Positions 9,013 through 18,970 of a stretch of DNA of 64,000 nucleotides are shown one piece after another. The position numbers were made by a program, and so were the translations under genes. The notes under the pieces are model-generated. The model made no database searches and was not told the DNA's origin. It was given only the letters and a program-made list of their open reading frames with translations. The DNA comes from Nanobdellota archaeon (GTDB lineage: Archaea; Nanobdellota; Nanobdellia; SCGC-AAA011-G17; JAFCDX01): assembly GCA_040753775.1 (NCBI GenBank), contig JBFMDT010000002.1, forward strand, positions 11,955 to 75,954. Direction: 5' to 3'. Position 1 is the stretch's first letter. Every line of letters begins with the position of its first letter.

Positions 9013-10734
9013 ATGAAAAACCAAGAAATAGCAGCCTTATTTTATGAAATAGCAGACATTCTGGAAATTAAGAATATTCAATGGAAGCCAAGAGCCTATA
9101 GAAAAGCAGCACAGACAATCGAGTCATTAGCAGAGCCTATTGAAAACATTTACAAAAAAGGCGGAATAAAATCCTTAAAGGAAATTCCAGGTGTTGGCCA
9201 GGGCATTGCTGAAAAGATTGAGGAATATCTAAAAACAGGCCATATCAAAGAGATGGAAATCCTAAAAAAATCCCTACCAACAGGCCTTGATGAATTAATG
9301 CAGATCTCTTCCTTAGGCCCTAAAAAAATAATGCATCTTTATAAAAAATTGAAAATAAAAAACCTGAAAGATCTTGAACAGGCAATTAAAAAGCACAGGC
9401 TGAGAAACTTGTTTGGATTTGGTGCAAAGACAGAAGAAAATATAGCAAGAGGCATAGGCTTGTTCAAGGCAAGCAAGGAAAGAATTTTGCTTGGAATAGC
9501 CCTGCCAACAGCTAGTTCAATAATAGACAGGCTGAAGAAACTAAGGGAAGTGCATAAGATAAGCATAGCAGGATCTTTGCGTAGAATGAAGGAAACCATT
9601 GGCGATATTGACATCTTAGTTACTTCTCCCAAATCTGAAATTGTGATGAAAGCCTTTACAGCAATGCCAGAAGTTAAAAGAACATTGGCAAAAGGGCAAA
9701 CAAAAAGTATGGTCATCTTGAAAAATGGAATTCAGGCTGATGTAAGGGTTGTAGATGATGAAAGCTTTGGAGCAGCCTTGCAGTACTTTACAGGTAGCAA
9801 GGACCATAACATTAAGCTCAGGGAAATTGCAATCAAGAAGGGATATAAATTAAATGAGTATGGTTTATTCAAAAGGACTGGAAGAAGAATTGCTGGAAAA
9901 ACAGAAAAGGAAATTTATAAAAAATTAGGCTTAAGCTACATGGAGCCAGAGCTTAGGGAAAACTTGGGAGAAATAGAGCTGGCAAGACAAAATAAACTGC
10001 CTAACTTAATTACCTTAAAAGATATAAAAGGAGATTTGCATGTCCATACTAATTGGAGCGATGGTAATGAAAGCATTGAAGCAATGATTAAATCTGCAAT
10101 GGAAAGGGATTATGAGTATATTGCTATAACAGACCACAGTAAGAGGAGTGCAATAGCCAAGGGATTAAACGAAAAAAAGATGGTAGAACAGATTAAAGAA
10201 ATAAAAAAATTAAGGAAAAAATACAGCATAAAGATTTTAACGGGCTCTGAAGTCGATATATTGGCTGATGGCACATTGGATTTTCCTGATGAGCTCCTGA
10301 AAAAGCTTGATGTAGTTGTTGCAGCAGTTCACTCAGGATGGAAAATGCCAAAAGAAAAAATGACAAAAAGAATTATCAAAGCTCTGGAAAACCCCTATGT
10401 TGATATTTTAGACCATCCAACAGGAAGATTGATCGACAAAAGGCCAGCTTACGAAGTTGATATGGAAGAGATCTTTAAAATTGCCAAGCAAAATAACAAA
10501 ATACTTGAAATAAATGCTCAGATTGACAGGCTTGATTTAAAAGATACGTATATAAAAGCCGCAATTGAGTATGGTCTTAAATTAGCGATATCAACAGATG
10601 CCCATTCTATTGAAAACCTTGATTTCATGCAGTATGGGGTAGCTCAGGCAAGGCGCGGATTTGCTGCAAAGAAAGACATCATTAATACGCTGCCATTTAA
10701 TAAGCTCTCAAAATACTTTAGTAAGATAAGATAA
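9013..10734 (+). CDS. polX: Family X DNA polymerase with C-terminal PHP domain
   Basis: 573 aa. HhH N-terminus, Pol-beta nucleotidyltransferase motif [20 protein letters not shown] motifs [12 protein letters not shown] and STDAH. Confidence 0.9.
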   Translation: MKNQEIAALFYEIADILEIKNIQWKPRAYRKAAQTIESLAEPIENIYKKGGIKSLKEIPGVGQGIAEKIEEYLKTGHIKEMEILKKSLPTGLDELMQISSLGPKKIMHLYKKLKIKNLKDLEQAIKKHRLRNLFGFGAKTEENIARGIGLFKASKERILLGIALPTASSIIDRLKKLREVHKISIAGSLRRMKETIGDIDILVTSPKSEIVMKAFTAMPEVKRTLAKGQTKSMVILKNGIQADVRVVDDESFGAALQYFTGSKDHNIKLREIAIKKGYKLNEYGLFKRTGRRIAGKTEKEIYKKLGLSYMEPELRENLGEIELARQNKLPNLITLKDIKGDLHVHTNWSDGNESIEAMIKSAMERDYEYIAITDHSKRSAIAKGLNEKKMVEQIKEIKKLRKKYSIKILTGSEVDILADGTLDFPDELLKKLDVVVAAVHSGWKMPKEKMTKRIIKALENPYVDILDHPTGRLIDKRPAYEVDMEEIFKIAKQNNKILEINAQIDRLDLKDTYIKAAIEYGLKLAISTDAHSIENLDFMQYGVAQARRGFAAKKDIINTLPFNKLSKYFSKIR

Positions 10735-11462
10735 TGAAATATTACCTTGGAACATCAGGCTGGAGCTATTCAGATTGGGAACAAAAGTTCTATCCATCTA
10801 ATTTTGAAAGGAGCAAGTGGCTTAATTATTATTCCGTTCAATTTAACACAGTTGAGGTTAATTCCACTTTCTACAGGTTTCCTTTCAAAAATATAGTAAG
10901 GGGGTGGTATAACAAGACCCCTAAAGACTTTAAGTTTGTTTTGAAGGCAAACAGGCTGATAACTCATATACATAAACTAAAAAACATTGAGAAATATCTT
11001 AAGTCGTTTTATGCCCTAGCTGATTTATTAAAGGAAAAATTAGCAGTCATCCTTTTCCAATTGCCACCAAGCTTGAAATTTGATGAAAAAAGATTAAAGG
11101 ATTTTCTTAATACTTTAAACACCAAGTATAAGCATGCAATGGAATTTAGAAACTCAACCTGGTTTAATGAAGAATGTTATAAAATATTAAAAAATTATAA
11201 GGTAGCTTACTGTATTGTTAGCGCACCAAACTTGCCTGTTGAACCAAAAGTTACTGCAAAATTTTCTTATATAAGGTTTCACGGCGTAGACAATTGGTAT
11301 GCCTACAATTATAGCAATAAAGAGCTAAGAGATTGGGCTAAAATTATCAGGAATTTAAAATGCAGGGAAGTTTATGCTTATTTTAATAATGATTACAACG
11401 CTTATGCTGTAAGGAACTGTTTACATTTTAAAAAATTATTAGAAAGGAATTCCGAATGTTAA
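10734..11462 (+). CDS. DUF72 (YecE-like) family protein
   Basis: 242 aa. The YLGTSGWSYSDW N-terminus is typical of DUF72. The ATG overlaps the polX stop by 1 nt. Confidence 0.8.
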   Translation: MKYYLGTSGWSYSDWEQKFYPSNFERSKWLNYYSVQFNTVEVNSTFYRFPFKNIVRGWYNKTPKDFKFVLKANRLITHIHKLKNIEKYLKSFYALADLLKEKLAVILFQLPPSLKFDEKRLKDFLNTLNTKYKHAMEFRNSTWFNEECYKILKNYKVAYCIVSAPNLPVEPKVTAKFSYIRFHGVDNWYAYNYSNKELRDWAKIIRNLKCREVYAYFNNDYNAYAVRNCLHFKKLLERNSEC

Positions 11463-11687
11463 CAAGGCAATTATGGCATGCAACACTACTGATGTAAAAA
11501 AGAACCACCAAAAATAGCAGTGCATGTTGTAGAATTTCTCGTACCATTTCTTTTTTATCAATTTGCTGAAAAATGAATTTCCAAGCCTGCACCTGCATGA
11601 AAAATAAATCAACAGCAATCCAATTACGTTTGTTATTCCTAATACAAACACAAGCTTTGCACCTATTGCTGGATTTATCAATGTCAT
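11439..11687 (-). CDS. Small two-TM membrane protein
   Basis: Frame of ORF 11439-11714. ATG 11687 overlaps the TAA of the upstream zinc-ribbon ORF (TAATG). Hydrophobic helices present. Confidence 0.4.
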   Translation of the reverse strand: MTLINPAIGAKLVFVLGITNVIGLLLIYFSCRCRLGNSFFSKLIKKKWYEKFYNMHCYFWWFFFTSVVLHAIIALLTFGIPF

Positions 11688-11803
11688 TATGAACAAGTAT
11701 GCTTTGCTGAACACCCATCACAAAGCCTTTTCCCGCATATATTGCATTGCGTTATCTTGCTTGGGTCCTTCACATTTTTCGAACATATGCTGCACTTTGG
11801 CAT
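11687..11803 (-). CDS. Small zinc-ribbon protein (38 aa), absent from the ORF track
   Basis: Hand translation: MPKCSICSKNVKDPSKITQCNICGKRLCDGCSAKHTCS. The CSIC...C.ICG+..C pattern resembles the 8343-8492 product. Confidence 0.4.
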   Translation of the reverse strand: MPKCSICSKNVKDPSKITQCNICGKRLCDGCSAKHTCS

Positions 11804-11846
11804 TTTATCTTTTTAAATAACAACTTAAACCAGTATAAAAACTTAA

Positions 11847-12401
11847 TTATTTCAAATAAATCTTTTTTAAGTCTTTAAGCATCTTATGGAACTCTTCATG
11901 TTTGCCATGCCCAATCCTTTTATTTTCTATCTCTTCAAACTTCTCTAACAATTCTTTCTGTTTCTTTTCTGGAATGTGCATATCAGCCATCATGTAAAGA
12001 ATATTGTCTTCCTTTTCTATGTGCTCTGTAAGCAGTGCAATGTAATTCCTTGCATTTTCAACTATTTTGTCGGAGGATTTACTATCTCCTTTTTTATACT
12101 TTACAACAGCTTCAGCTATATTCTTAACATAGCTCCTTCCTGTATCATGTTCCATAAGCATTACAGCAATTGGTCCACCTTCTTTTGGAATGCCTGCCTT
12201 AACCATTTCTGGAAATAATATGTATTCCTCTTTGCTGTGATGGCATTTGTCTGCAAAAACTCTGATAAATTCAAGTATCTGCTCAAGATGTTTTGAACTT
12301 ACCTTTTTTCCAGCTTCAAATCTATCACAAATCTTCCCAAATATCTTTAGCATCAGCTTTATTGCTTCATGCTCTTTTTTTAATTGCTCTATAGCCCCCA
12401 C
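11847..12401 (-). CDS. Hemerythrin-like (HHE cation-binding) domain protein
   Basis: 184 aa with His/Glu helices LKKEHEAI, KCHHSKEE, MLMEHD, LTEHIEKED. Confidence 0.7.
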   Translation of the reverse strand: MGAIEQLKKEHEAIKLMLKIFGKICDRFEAGKKVSSKHLEQILEFIRVFADKCHHSKEEYILFPEMVKAGIPKEGGPIAVMLMEHDTGRSYVKNIAEAVVKYKKGDSKSSDKIVENARNYIALLTEHIEKEDNILYMMADMHIPEKKQKELLEKFEEIENKRIGHGKHEEFHKMLKDLKKIYLK

Positions 12402-12765
12402 TTTTCATGCCTCCAGCCAACTTGTTTAACGGCATATTTAAATAATGTTCCTTTCCCAAGTATTCTATGGATTTTTTCTTTATCCACCTAAAAGCATTTG
12501 TTCCTAAATACAAATCAGTCGGTAAAACAACAGAATAACCTGCTCCAATTTGTATTAATCCTTCTATTATTCCAGTTGGTAATGAAGTCCAATTTAAGAT
12601 AAAAAAGTCCTTTGTTATTTGCCAAGCATTTCCATCGATAAGCCCATGCTCAACAAGTAGCATCTTTCCATTATTCTCAACATAAGTAGCAAAAAGATAT
12701 ACTGCAAACCATGCTCCAAACTTAGCATACCTCAAAAAACTTCCATTTACTTTATTCTCAAGCAT
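12367..12765 (-). CDS. Hypothetical membrane protein
   Basis: 132-aa ORF with hydrophobic segments. Its 3' end overlaps the hemerythrin gene start by 35 nt. Confidence 0.4.
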   Translation of the reverse strand: MLENKVNGSFLRYAKFGAWFAVYLFATYVENNGKMLLVEHGLIDGNAWQITKDFFILNWTSLPTGIIEGLIQIGAGYSVVLPTDLYLGTNAFRWIKKKSIEYLGKEHYLNMPLNKLAGGMKSGGYRAIKKRA

Positions 12766-12766
12766 T

Positions 12767-13186
12767 TTAAATATCCAGTATGAATCTAGCCTTATATCCT
12801 TCTTTTGATTTTTCTAATTTAAATTCATATAAAGTAACAGCCTTGACATCGTCCCTCAATTCATGTTTCTTTGCATCTATTTTTTCCCCATAGAGCTTTG
12901 CATTTAATCTATAAACTTTGTTTTTATTAATATTAACATCAAACTTGCTAAAAAGCAGCCTTTCAGAATCCTTATAATAGACAATTTCATCTAAAAAATC
13001 AAATAATAAATTACCTAAGTCCTTGTTTTCAAGCTTAACCTCTTTTTTTATGGCTGGCTTAACCTGTTTTGTATCAACCATTACCTCTAACGTTGCCAAT
13101 GCTGAGTTCTCAAACAATTCATTTATATTCTTTCCGTAAGCCTCTATCCCTATATCAGCTGTGTGCTCAAAAAACCTGAATTTCAT
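12767..13186 (-). CDS. Archease
   Basis: 139 aa. The MKFRFFEHTADIGIEAYG N-terminus is the archease signature. Confidence 0.85.
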   Translation of the reverse strand: MKFRFFEHTADIGIEAYGKNINELFENSALATLEVMVDTKQVKPAIKKEVKLENKDLGNLLFDFLDEIVYYKDSERLLFSKFDVNINKNKVYRLNAKLYGEKIDAKKHELRDDVKAVTLYEFKLEKSKEGYKARFILDI

Positions 13187-13227
13187 ACTGCTATAGGGAA
13201 TTTTTATTATATAAATCTATTTAGTGT

Positions 13228-14187
13228 CTAATTCTTTCCAAGTATGACAATCCTGCTAATATTGTCTTTTAATTTTATTTTATAGCCGGTTAATTTTGCA
13301 ATTTCTTCGGCAAAATCCTCTATTTCCTTTGTATAAGGCATATTATTAATTTTTAGCCTTTTTCTGGACTCTCCAACCCAAGTATATCCCTTTAAATGAA
13401 TGAATTTGGGTTTAGCTTTATTTATCAAAGTTGCATAGCCTTCTAAGTCTTTCATATTAAGGCCTTTTACAAGTGTTATTTTAAATATTGTTCTTGCCTT
13501 TTTGAATTTCTTCATTAATTTAAGGCTCTCTAAAATCCTTTCAAAGCTGTCTTTCACAATAGGGTTGGTTATTTCTTTATAGTCTTTTTTATTTGTAGCA
13601 TAAACACTTATTGTAAGGTTTGTTGGTTCTGCATTTTTTTTCAGCAATTCTTTTAATTTATGTGGCATTGTTCCATTTGTCACCAAAAAAACGCTCATCC
13701 CCCTATTCTTTATTTCCTTTATAAGTTCAGCCAAATACGGATAAAGCATGGGCTCCCCATCTAAGGATAGTGTTATATGATTTGGCTTGTTTGCCTCATC
13801 CAATATAGCCCTTTTTGTATTTTTATTCCCGCCAAATCCAGACACTAATTTTCTTTGTGCAATAATTATTTCATCAAGTATCCTATTAGGTCGGTCCCAT
13901 TTGTCTCCTGATTTAAAGCGATATTTGCCAAAAGTACGCCAGCAAAATTTACAAGAAAAATTGCAAAAATCCAAAGTTGGTGTCATCTGAATGCACCTAT
14001 GCGAAGAAACTCCATAAAAGCTCTTGTAACAGTTCCTTTTTCCCCTTAAAACAGATTTTGTCCATCTGCACAGTTCAATGCCAGTATGTTTATGCCTGCC
14101 AACAACCTTATAGCCTGATTTTCTGTATTGTTCTAATCTTTCTTCTGAAAATTTTGTAAATTGTTTTTGTTTATTATTCAATTGCAT
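13228..14187 (-). CDS. taw1: tRNA 4-demethylwyosine synthase (Taw1/TYW1, radical SAM)
   Basis: 319 aa. Radical-SAM CNFSCKFCWR plus an upstream Cys cluster. Overall resemblance to archaeal Taw1. Confidence 0.85.
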   Translation of the reverse strand: MQLNNKQKQFTKFSEERLEQYRKSGYKVVGRHKHTGIELCRWTKSVLRGKRNCYKSFYGVSSHRCIQMTPTLDFCNFSCKFCWRTFGKYRFKSGDKWDRPNRILDEIIIAQRKLVSGFGGNKNTKRAILDEANKPNHITLSLDGEPMLYPYLAELIKEIKNRGMSVFLVTNGTMPHKLKELLKKNAEPTNLTISVYATNKKDYKEITNPIVKDSFERILESLKLMKKFKKARTIFKITLVKGLNMKDLEGYATLINKAKPKFIHLKGYTWVGESRKRLKINNMPYTKEIEDFAEEIAKLTGYKIKLKDNISRIVILGKN

Positions 14188-14261
14188 ATTGGATTATTCT
14201 AATTAAGATATATAAATTTAATTAATGTATTTTTAAAAATATTAATGAGCGTTCATAAATG

Positions 14262-14269
14262 TTTATATA
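14262..14269 (+). promoter_or_regulatory. TATA box (TTTATATA)
   Basis: 29 nt upstream of ATG 14291 but only 17 nt from ATG 14279, which favours 14291 as the start. Confidence 0.4.
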
Positions 14270-14290
14270 CAAGGTTGTATGTATAATTGG

Positions 14291-15862
14291 ATGGTTTTAA
14301 AGCCCCTAAATATTAAAGTGGATGTTCTTGGTTATGGCCCTTTTGCAAATATAGACAACAAAGAAATAACCCCCGAACAGTTGATTGCCTTTTCAGCTAC
14401 GATGACCTACAAAGACAAAAGTGCAAAGGACATAATAGCCGAAGTCCTGAAATCTGAAAAAAATATTGACGAAGTTGCAACAAAATCTCTAAGGAACTCT
14501 GTTAGAAGAGGCCATGCATCGCTATCAACATCTGCAGCAATGTGGTGCTTATTTAATGGGACTTCTAAATATCTTGATTCTCTTTTTACTGGCGCTGTAT
14601 TTTCAAGCAGTTTGATGCCAAGCAGCAGAAGAATACCCGTAAATTTGGAAAATATAATAGCTCCTGACAGCATAATTAATGCAGATGATGCTACAAAAAA
14701 GATATACGAGGAAGCAGCTTCAAATAATATTAAATTTTATATGGAAATTGAAAACAAGTCAATTCCAAGGGAAGAGGCTGCAAAGATAACGCAGTATGGG
14801 ATAGCTGGCGGTGGTTTTATTCTTTTGCCTTTGGAAACAATTTTATCAGCCAAGAACGAATTTATATCCCAGGGCAAATGGACCCCAAAAGAGGCGTTTG
14901 ATATTATAAAACGCATTGAAAAAAAGATTGGAGAAATTAAGGCTGATACCTTGTATAAGTACAGGGAAGAAGCAGATAAATCAACTTATCCACACTTAAA
15001 CATTTTTAAAGAGCCTGACCAATATTCAGAAGTGGAAGAGAATCGGTTAAAATATGGCCCTTCAATAAAGCCATCTGTCCAGTTAAAATATTTTGATGAT
15101 CATGTTGGCTTAGAAAATAAATTAAAAAAATTGTACTCCTTAAAAGAAGAGATAACCCAGTCACCAGAAATTGTAAGGCAAAGAGTAAAAGAGCTATTAA
15201 TAGCAAGAAACAAAATATTGTCTAATTATATAAACCCATTAACAATATCCTCTTTGTCAAACCCCTCATGGAGAGTATGGGGCGAGGTAAAGAGACATAG
15301 AACCCTAAAACAGTCAGTTGGTTCTATTTATACTTCTGTAGAAAGAAGCTATGAAAAGATAAATAATTATAGAAATGAAATAAAAAATGGAGATTTAAGT
15401 GAAGTGCTTATAAAAGAAGTTGATTCTGTTTTCATGATACCAAAAAGCTTTCTGAAAAATGGAAACAGCCAATTATTGCAGAAATACATGCAGTTGTTTA
15501 TGGAATCTTTGGACGCGTACAATACATTGGTCTCAAGAGGAATTCCGGAGTCTGATGCTTTAGCTCTTATTCCAAGAGGCATAAGATGCAACGTATATAA
15601 AACATTTGATTTGTATAACTTACTAGAAGGATATATCCCATTGAGGTGCTGCAGTACAGCTGAAAGTGAAATGAGAGAGATAACAGAAATGGAGATTGCA
15701 GAAATCAAGAAGGTACTTCCGGAATACATAACAAAGCATCTTGGACCAAAATGTGCAGGTGTTGGGCATTGCCTCGAGCCAAAGGTTTGCAGCGAATTAA
15801 AAGTGCAGAATTATATAGGATACAAATACGATGGAGAAGTCCACAGGAATTATTTTTCCTGA
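14291..15862 (+). CDS. ThyX-like (Thy1-fold) protein, double length and motif-divergent
   Basis: Frame of ORF 14279-15862. VDVLGYG, RRGHASLSTSAAMW, RHRTLKQSVGSIY and ALALIPRG...LRCCSTAESEMREI align by eye to ThyX blocks. About twice the usual ThyX length. Confidence 0.55.
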   Translation: MVLKPLNIKVDVLGYGPFANIDNKEITPEQLIAFSATMTYKDKSAKDIIAEVLKSEKNIDEVATKSLRNSVRRGHASLSTSAAMWCLFNGTSKYLDSLFTGAVFSSSLMPSSRRIPVNLENIIAPDSIINADDATKKIYEEAASNNIKFYMEIENKSIPREEAAKITQYGIAGGGFILLPLETILSAKNEFISQGKWTPKEAFDIIKRIEKKIGEIKADTLYKYREEADKSTYPHLNIFKEPDQYSEVEENRLKYGPSIKPSVQLKYFDDHVGLENKLKKLYSLKEEITQSPEIVRQRVKELLIARNKILSNYINPLTISSLSNPSWRVWGEVKRHRTLKQSVGSIYTSVERSYEKINNYRNEIKNGDLSEVLIKEVDSVFMIPKSFLKNGNSQLLQKYMQLFMESLDAYNTLVSRGIPESDALALIPRGIRCNVYKTFDLYNLLEGYIPLRCCSTAESEMREITEMEIAEIKKVLPEYITKHLGPKCAGVGHCLEPKVCSELKVQNYIGYKYDGEVHRNYFS

Positions 15863-15882
15863 TTTTTAAGATTAGCCTATTT

Positions 15883-18800
15883 TTATTGACCACAACCTCC
15901 TCTTTTATTAAGGCAGTTTGGACATTCCCAGCATCCAGGAGAAGTTTGCCTCATTAAATTTCCGCAATCTATGCAAATCACTCCACGTAAGTTTTTTGTT
16001 AACTTATTTTTATCACTTTCGCTTACCTTTGGCACTTGTTCTTCACTACTCTTTACAAATCCGCCAAGTTCTTGATTATTTATTACCTCTTCATAATTCC
16101 AGCTATCAATTTTTTGCTTTTTATAAGTATCAAATGCACCATTTTTATAACCTCTTAATAAAAATAAGTTTAAGCCTTCTTTGTTATCAGCTACTTCTAA
16201 ATTCCCTAAATATTGTAAGCTTAGAAATTTTGCTGCATAGTCTAAAGGTGAAAGGGTTGTTTTTATCCAGGGATCACCAACTACCAAACCACTTGGTTCA
16301 AACTTTTGGCCTATCCAAGAATCTACTATACTTTCTAATGGTAGGCCTCTTTTTAGAGATTTTGAAGCAAGAATGCCATTATTTTCCAATAAAGCCTTTA
16401 GTGTTGACCCAGCTTTATAAGATAAAAATACTATCTGTCCGGGTGTTCCATCTTCATATTCAGATACAACTATATGTATAGGAACACCATCTATTTCTAC
16501 TTCACTTTCAAAAGATTCTCTTGTAGTCGGTAATTCTCTTTTTTCTCCCCTTCTTAACTCTTTATACAAATTTTTTTCTCCAAATGTCAAAATACTCACT
16601 GGTTTACTATTGTATCTAAAAGCAGAAAGTGCCTTTAAGCCAAGTTTATAACCCAAAATATACCCATCATATAAGTCTTTAACTGTTGCATTCTCTGGCA
16701 AATTATTTGTTTTTGATATGGCCCCAGAAACAAAGGGTTGGGTGGCGCCAAGCATTTTAATATGGCCCTCAAAGGAGATGGTTTTCCCATTTTTATTAGG
16801 TGAAAATGCTGTTTCAAATACAGCATAATCATTTTGGGATAAATGTGGAGCCCCATCTACTATTCCTTTTTCTCTTATATAATTTACTATATCTTTTATT
16901 TGTTCTTCATCATACCTAAGATTTCTTAATGCATTTGGTATCTCCTGAATATCTAAATCCAAACTTCCACCACCAGCTATATTCTTTTTAATTATCAAGC
17001 CGGTTACTGGTTCTATTCCTGTAGTATCACAACCCATTAAAATACCTATTGTACCTGTAGGTGCTATAACAGTTGTATTTGCATTTCTAAAACCAAATTT
17101 TCTTCCCTTTTCAAGAGCATTATCCCATACCTCATAAGCAACAGTCTTTAACCTTTCTTCTAAACAATCAAATTGAATATTATCAAGTGCCTTTCTATGT
17201 TTTTCTATAACCTCCAACATTGGTTTTTTATTTAATTCATAATGAACAAATGGACCTAAAGCCTCAGCAAGATCAGCAGATGTTTCATATGCTTTTCCAG
17301 TTAGTATTGCAGTTAAGGTTGCAGCAAGTGCCCTCCCTTTATCAGAATCATAAGCTAGGCCATTTCTCATTAATAAGGCACCAAGATTTGCATAACCCAA
17401 TCCCGTTGTTCTAAACTCGGGGCTTATTTTTGCTATATCTGGATCAGGATAAGAAGCAGCATCGTTAGCTATATCAAGCGCTATCTGTGTTATGTAAATG
17501 GCGTACAAAAATTTATCAATATCAATTTTACTTTTTATATCAGCATATTTAAGAAGATTATGCGAACCCAAATTACAAGATGTATTGTCTAAGAACATGT
17601 ATTCTGAACAGGGGTTACTTGAATTTATTGGTCCAGAATTCTTACAAGTATGCATTTCCTGGATTTTGCTTTCATATTGGACACTAGGATCTCCTATCCT
17701 CCAGCTTCCAAAAGCTATTTCCTTTAAAATTTGCTCTGCAGAAACTTTTCCAGCAATTTTTCCACTTCTAATATACATAAGTTCAATTTCCCCACCCCTT
17801 TCTAGTTGTTCAAAGAAATGGTCGTCTAATCTTACAGATAAATTTGTATTTTGAAATTTTACAGTTGAATATGCTTCTCCCTCAAAACCAGGCCCTAATC
17901 CAGCTTTCATTAATAACAAGGCTTTGTAATCTTCTCTTACTTTGCTTCTTATAAATTTTAGACTATCAGGATGCCAGTATTTTAATGTACTCATTCTTGC
18001 AGCTCTTCTATTTTTTCCACCTGATTTTATAGAGCTAGCTAGGTCATCATAATATACTAAATAGCTCATAGGTCCAGATGCTATGCCTCCACTTGATAAA
18101 GGCTCTCCAGCAGCCCTTATTACACTCAAATCTTGGCCTATACCAGAACCATTTGAAAATACCCCACCTTCTGTCAAAGAGTGCTTTAATAAACTTTCAA
18201 GGTTATCTTTTGGTCCTTTTATGAAACATGCGTGGCATTGCGGTCTTATATAACAACCATCATCTATTTTGATAATCTTTCCAGTTTTTATATCCCTCGT
18301 ATAATTGATTCCAGGGGAACCTATTATACCATACGCTTCGTATAAACCAGCATTAAAGTATACAGGAGAATTAAAGGCAAACATTTGATTTATTTGTAAA
18401 AAGTTTAATTCATCCTCAAATATTTTGGCTTCTTCTTCTTGAAAATATCCAAGTTTTAAACCCCATTCTGAAAAAAATTTTGAAACTCTACCAAATAAAT
18501 GGTTAGGTGAAAATTCATATTCTTTTCCTATTTTTTCTCCTATTTTTTTACCCCAATCACTTTTTTCTGGTTTAAAAAAATATTTATTTGAAGCTGCCTT
18601 TCTCGAATTAGCATCCCATGATTTTGGAAAAATTCCTTCAAATTGAAAAATTATCTCACCATTAATATTTTTTATATCAATTATTTTTCTTTCATATTTC
18701 CCAACACTCTCAAATGGGTCTGTTTTTCCATCTGTAAAGTATCTATTAACCTTAATATTTTTTTTATTTAACTTTTCATTATTTAAATATTCAGCTCTTC

Positions 18801-18954
18801 CAAGATCAAGCCTATTTATAAATTCAATCCCTTTATAAGAATGTTTTGTAATTAAACCAGATTGGATGTAATTAGATAATCTTTCCTTATTGACAATACC
18901 TAATGCATCTTCTAATTTTATATGTTCTTGTTGGTTATATTCTATTTCTACCAT
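15883..18954 (-). CDS. nrdJ: Class II (adenosylcobalamin-dependent) ribonucleotide reductase
   Basis: 1023 aa. NPCSEYMFLDNTSCNLGSHNL catalytic loop. C-terminal CIDC...CWECPNC zinc ribbon. N-terminal ~65-aa HTH-like extension. Confidence 0.9.
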   Translation of the reverse strand: MVEIEYNQQEHIKLEDALGIVNKERLSNYIQSGLITKHSYKGIEFINRLDLGRAEYLNNEKLNKKNIKVNRYFTDGKTDPFESVGKYERKIIDIKNINGEIIFQFEGIFPKSWDANSRKAASNKYFFKPEKSDWGKKIGEKIGKEYEFSPNHLFGRVSKFFSEWGLKLGYFQEEEAKIFEDELNFLQINQMFAFNSPVYFNAGLYEAYGIIGSPGINYTRDIKTGKIIKIDDGCYIRPQCHACFIKGPKDNLESLLKHSLTEGGVFSNGSGIGQDLSVIRAAGEPLSSGGIASGPMSYLVYYDDLASSIKSGGKNRRAARMSTLKYWHPDSLKFIRSKVREDYKALLLMKAGLGPGFEGEAYSTVKFQNTNLSVRLDDHFFEQLERGGEIELMYIRSGKIAGKVSAEQILKEIAFGSWRIGDPSVQYESKIQEMHTCKNSGPINSSNPCSEYMFLDNTSCNLGSHNLLKYADIKSKIDIDKFLYAIYITQIALDIANDAASYPDPDIAKISPEFRTTGLGYANLGALLMRNGLAYDSDKGRALAATLTAILTGKAYETSADLAEALGPFVHYELNKKPMLEVIEKHRKALDNIQFDCLEERLKTVAYEVWDNALEKGRKFGFRNANTTVIAPTGTIGILMGCDTTGIEPVTGLIIKKNIAGGGSLDLDIQEIPNALRNLRYDEEQIKDIVNYIREKGIVDGAPHLSQNDYAVFETAFSPNKNGKTISFEGHIKMLGATQPFVSGAISKTNNLPENATVKDLYDGYILGYKLGLKALSAFRYNSKPVSILTFGEKNLYKELRRGEKRELPTTRESFESEVEIDGVPIHIVVSEYEDGTPGQIVFLSYKAGSTLKALLENNGILASKSLKRGLPLESIVDSWIGQKFEPSGLVVGDPWIKTTLSPLDYAAKFLSLQYLGNLEVADNKEGLNLFLLRGYKNGAFDTYKKQKIDSWNYEEVINNQELGGFVKSSEEQVPKVSESDKNKLTKNLRGVICIDCGNLMRQTSPGCWECPNCLNKRGGCGQ

Positions 18955-18970
18955 CTTTTATTCACTAATT

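Noticed and set aside
11428-11721. Alternative 97-aa frame (MMGVQQSILVHND...) overlapping the small membrane protein gene
   Set aside because: It has a GTG start and no hydrophobic or motif coherence. The zinc-ribbon plus TM-protein pair in the other frames, with a TAATG junction, explains the region better.
15918-17854. Plus-strand ORFs inside nrdJ (15918-16481 at 187 aa, 17498-17854 at 118 aa)
   Set aside because: They lie antisense to a gene with continuous class II RNR motifs. They have no recognisable motifs and no promoter-like element.
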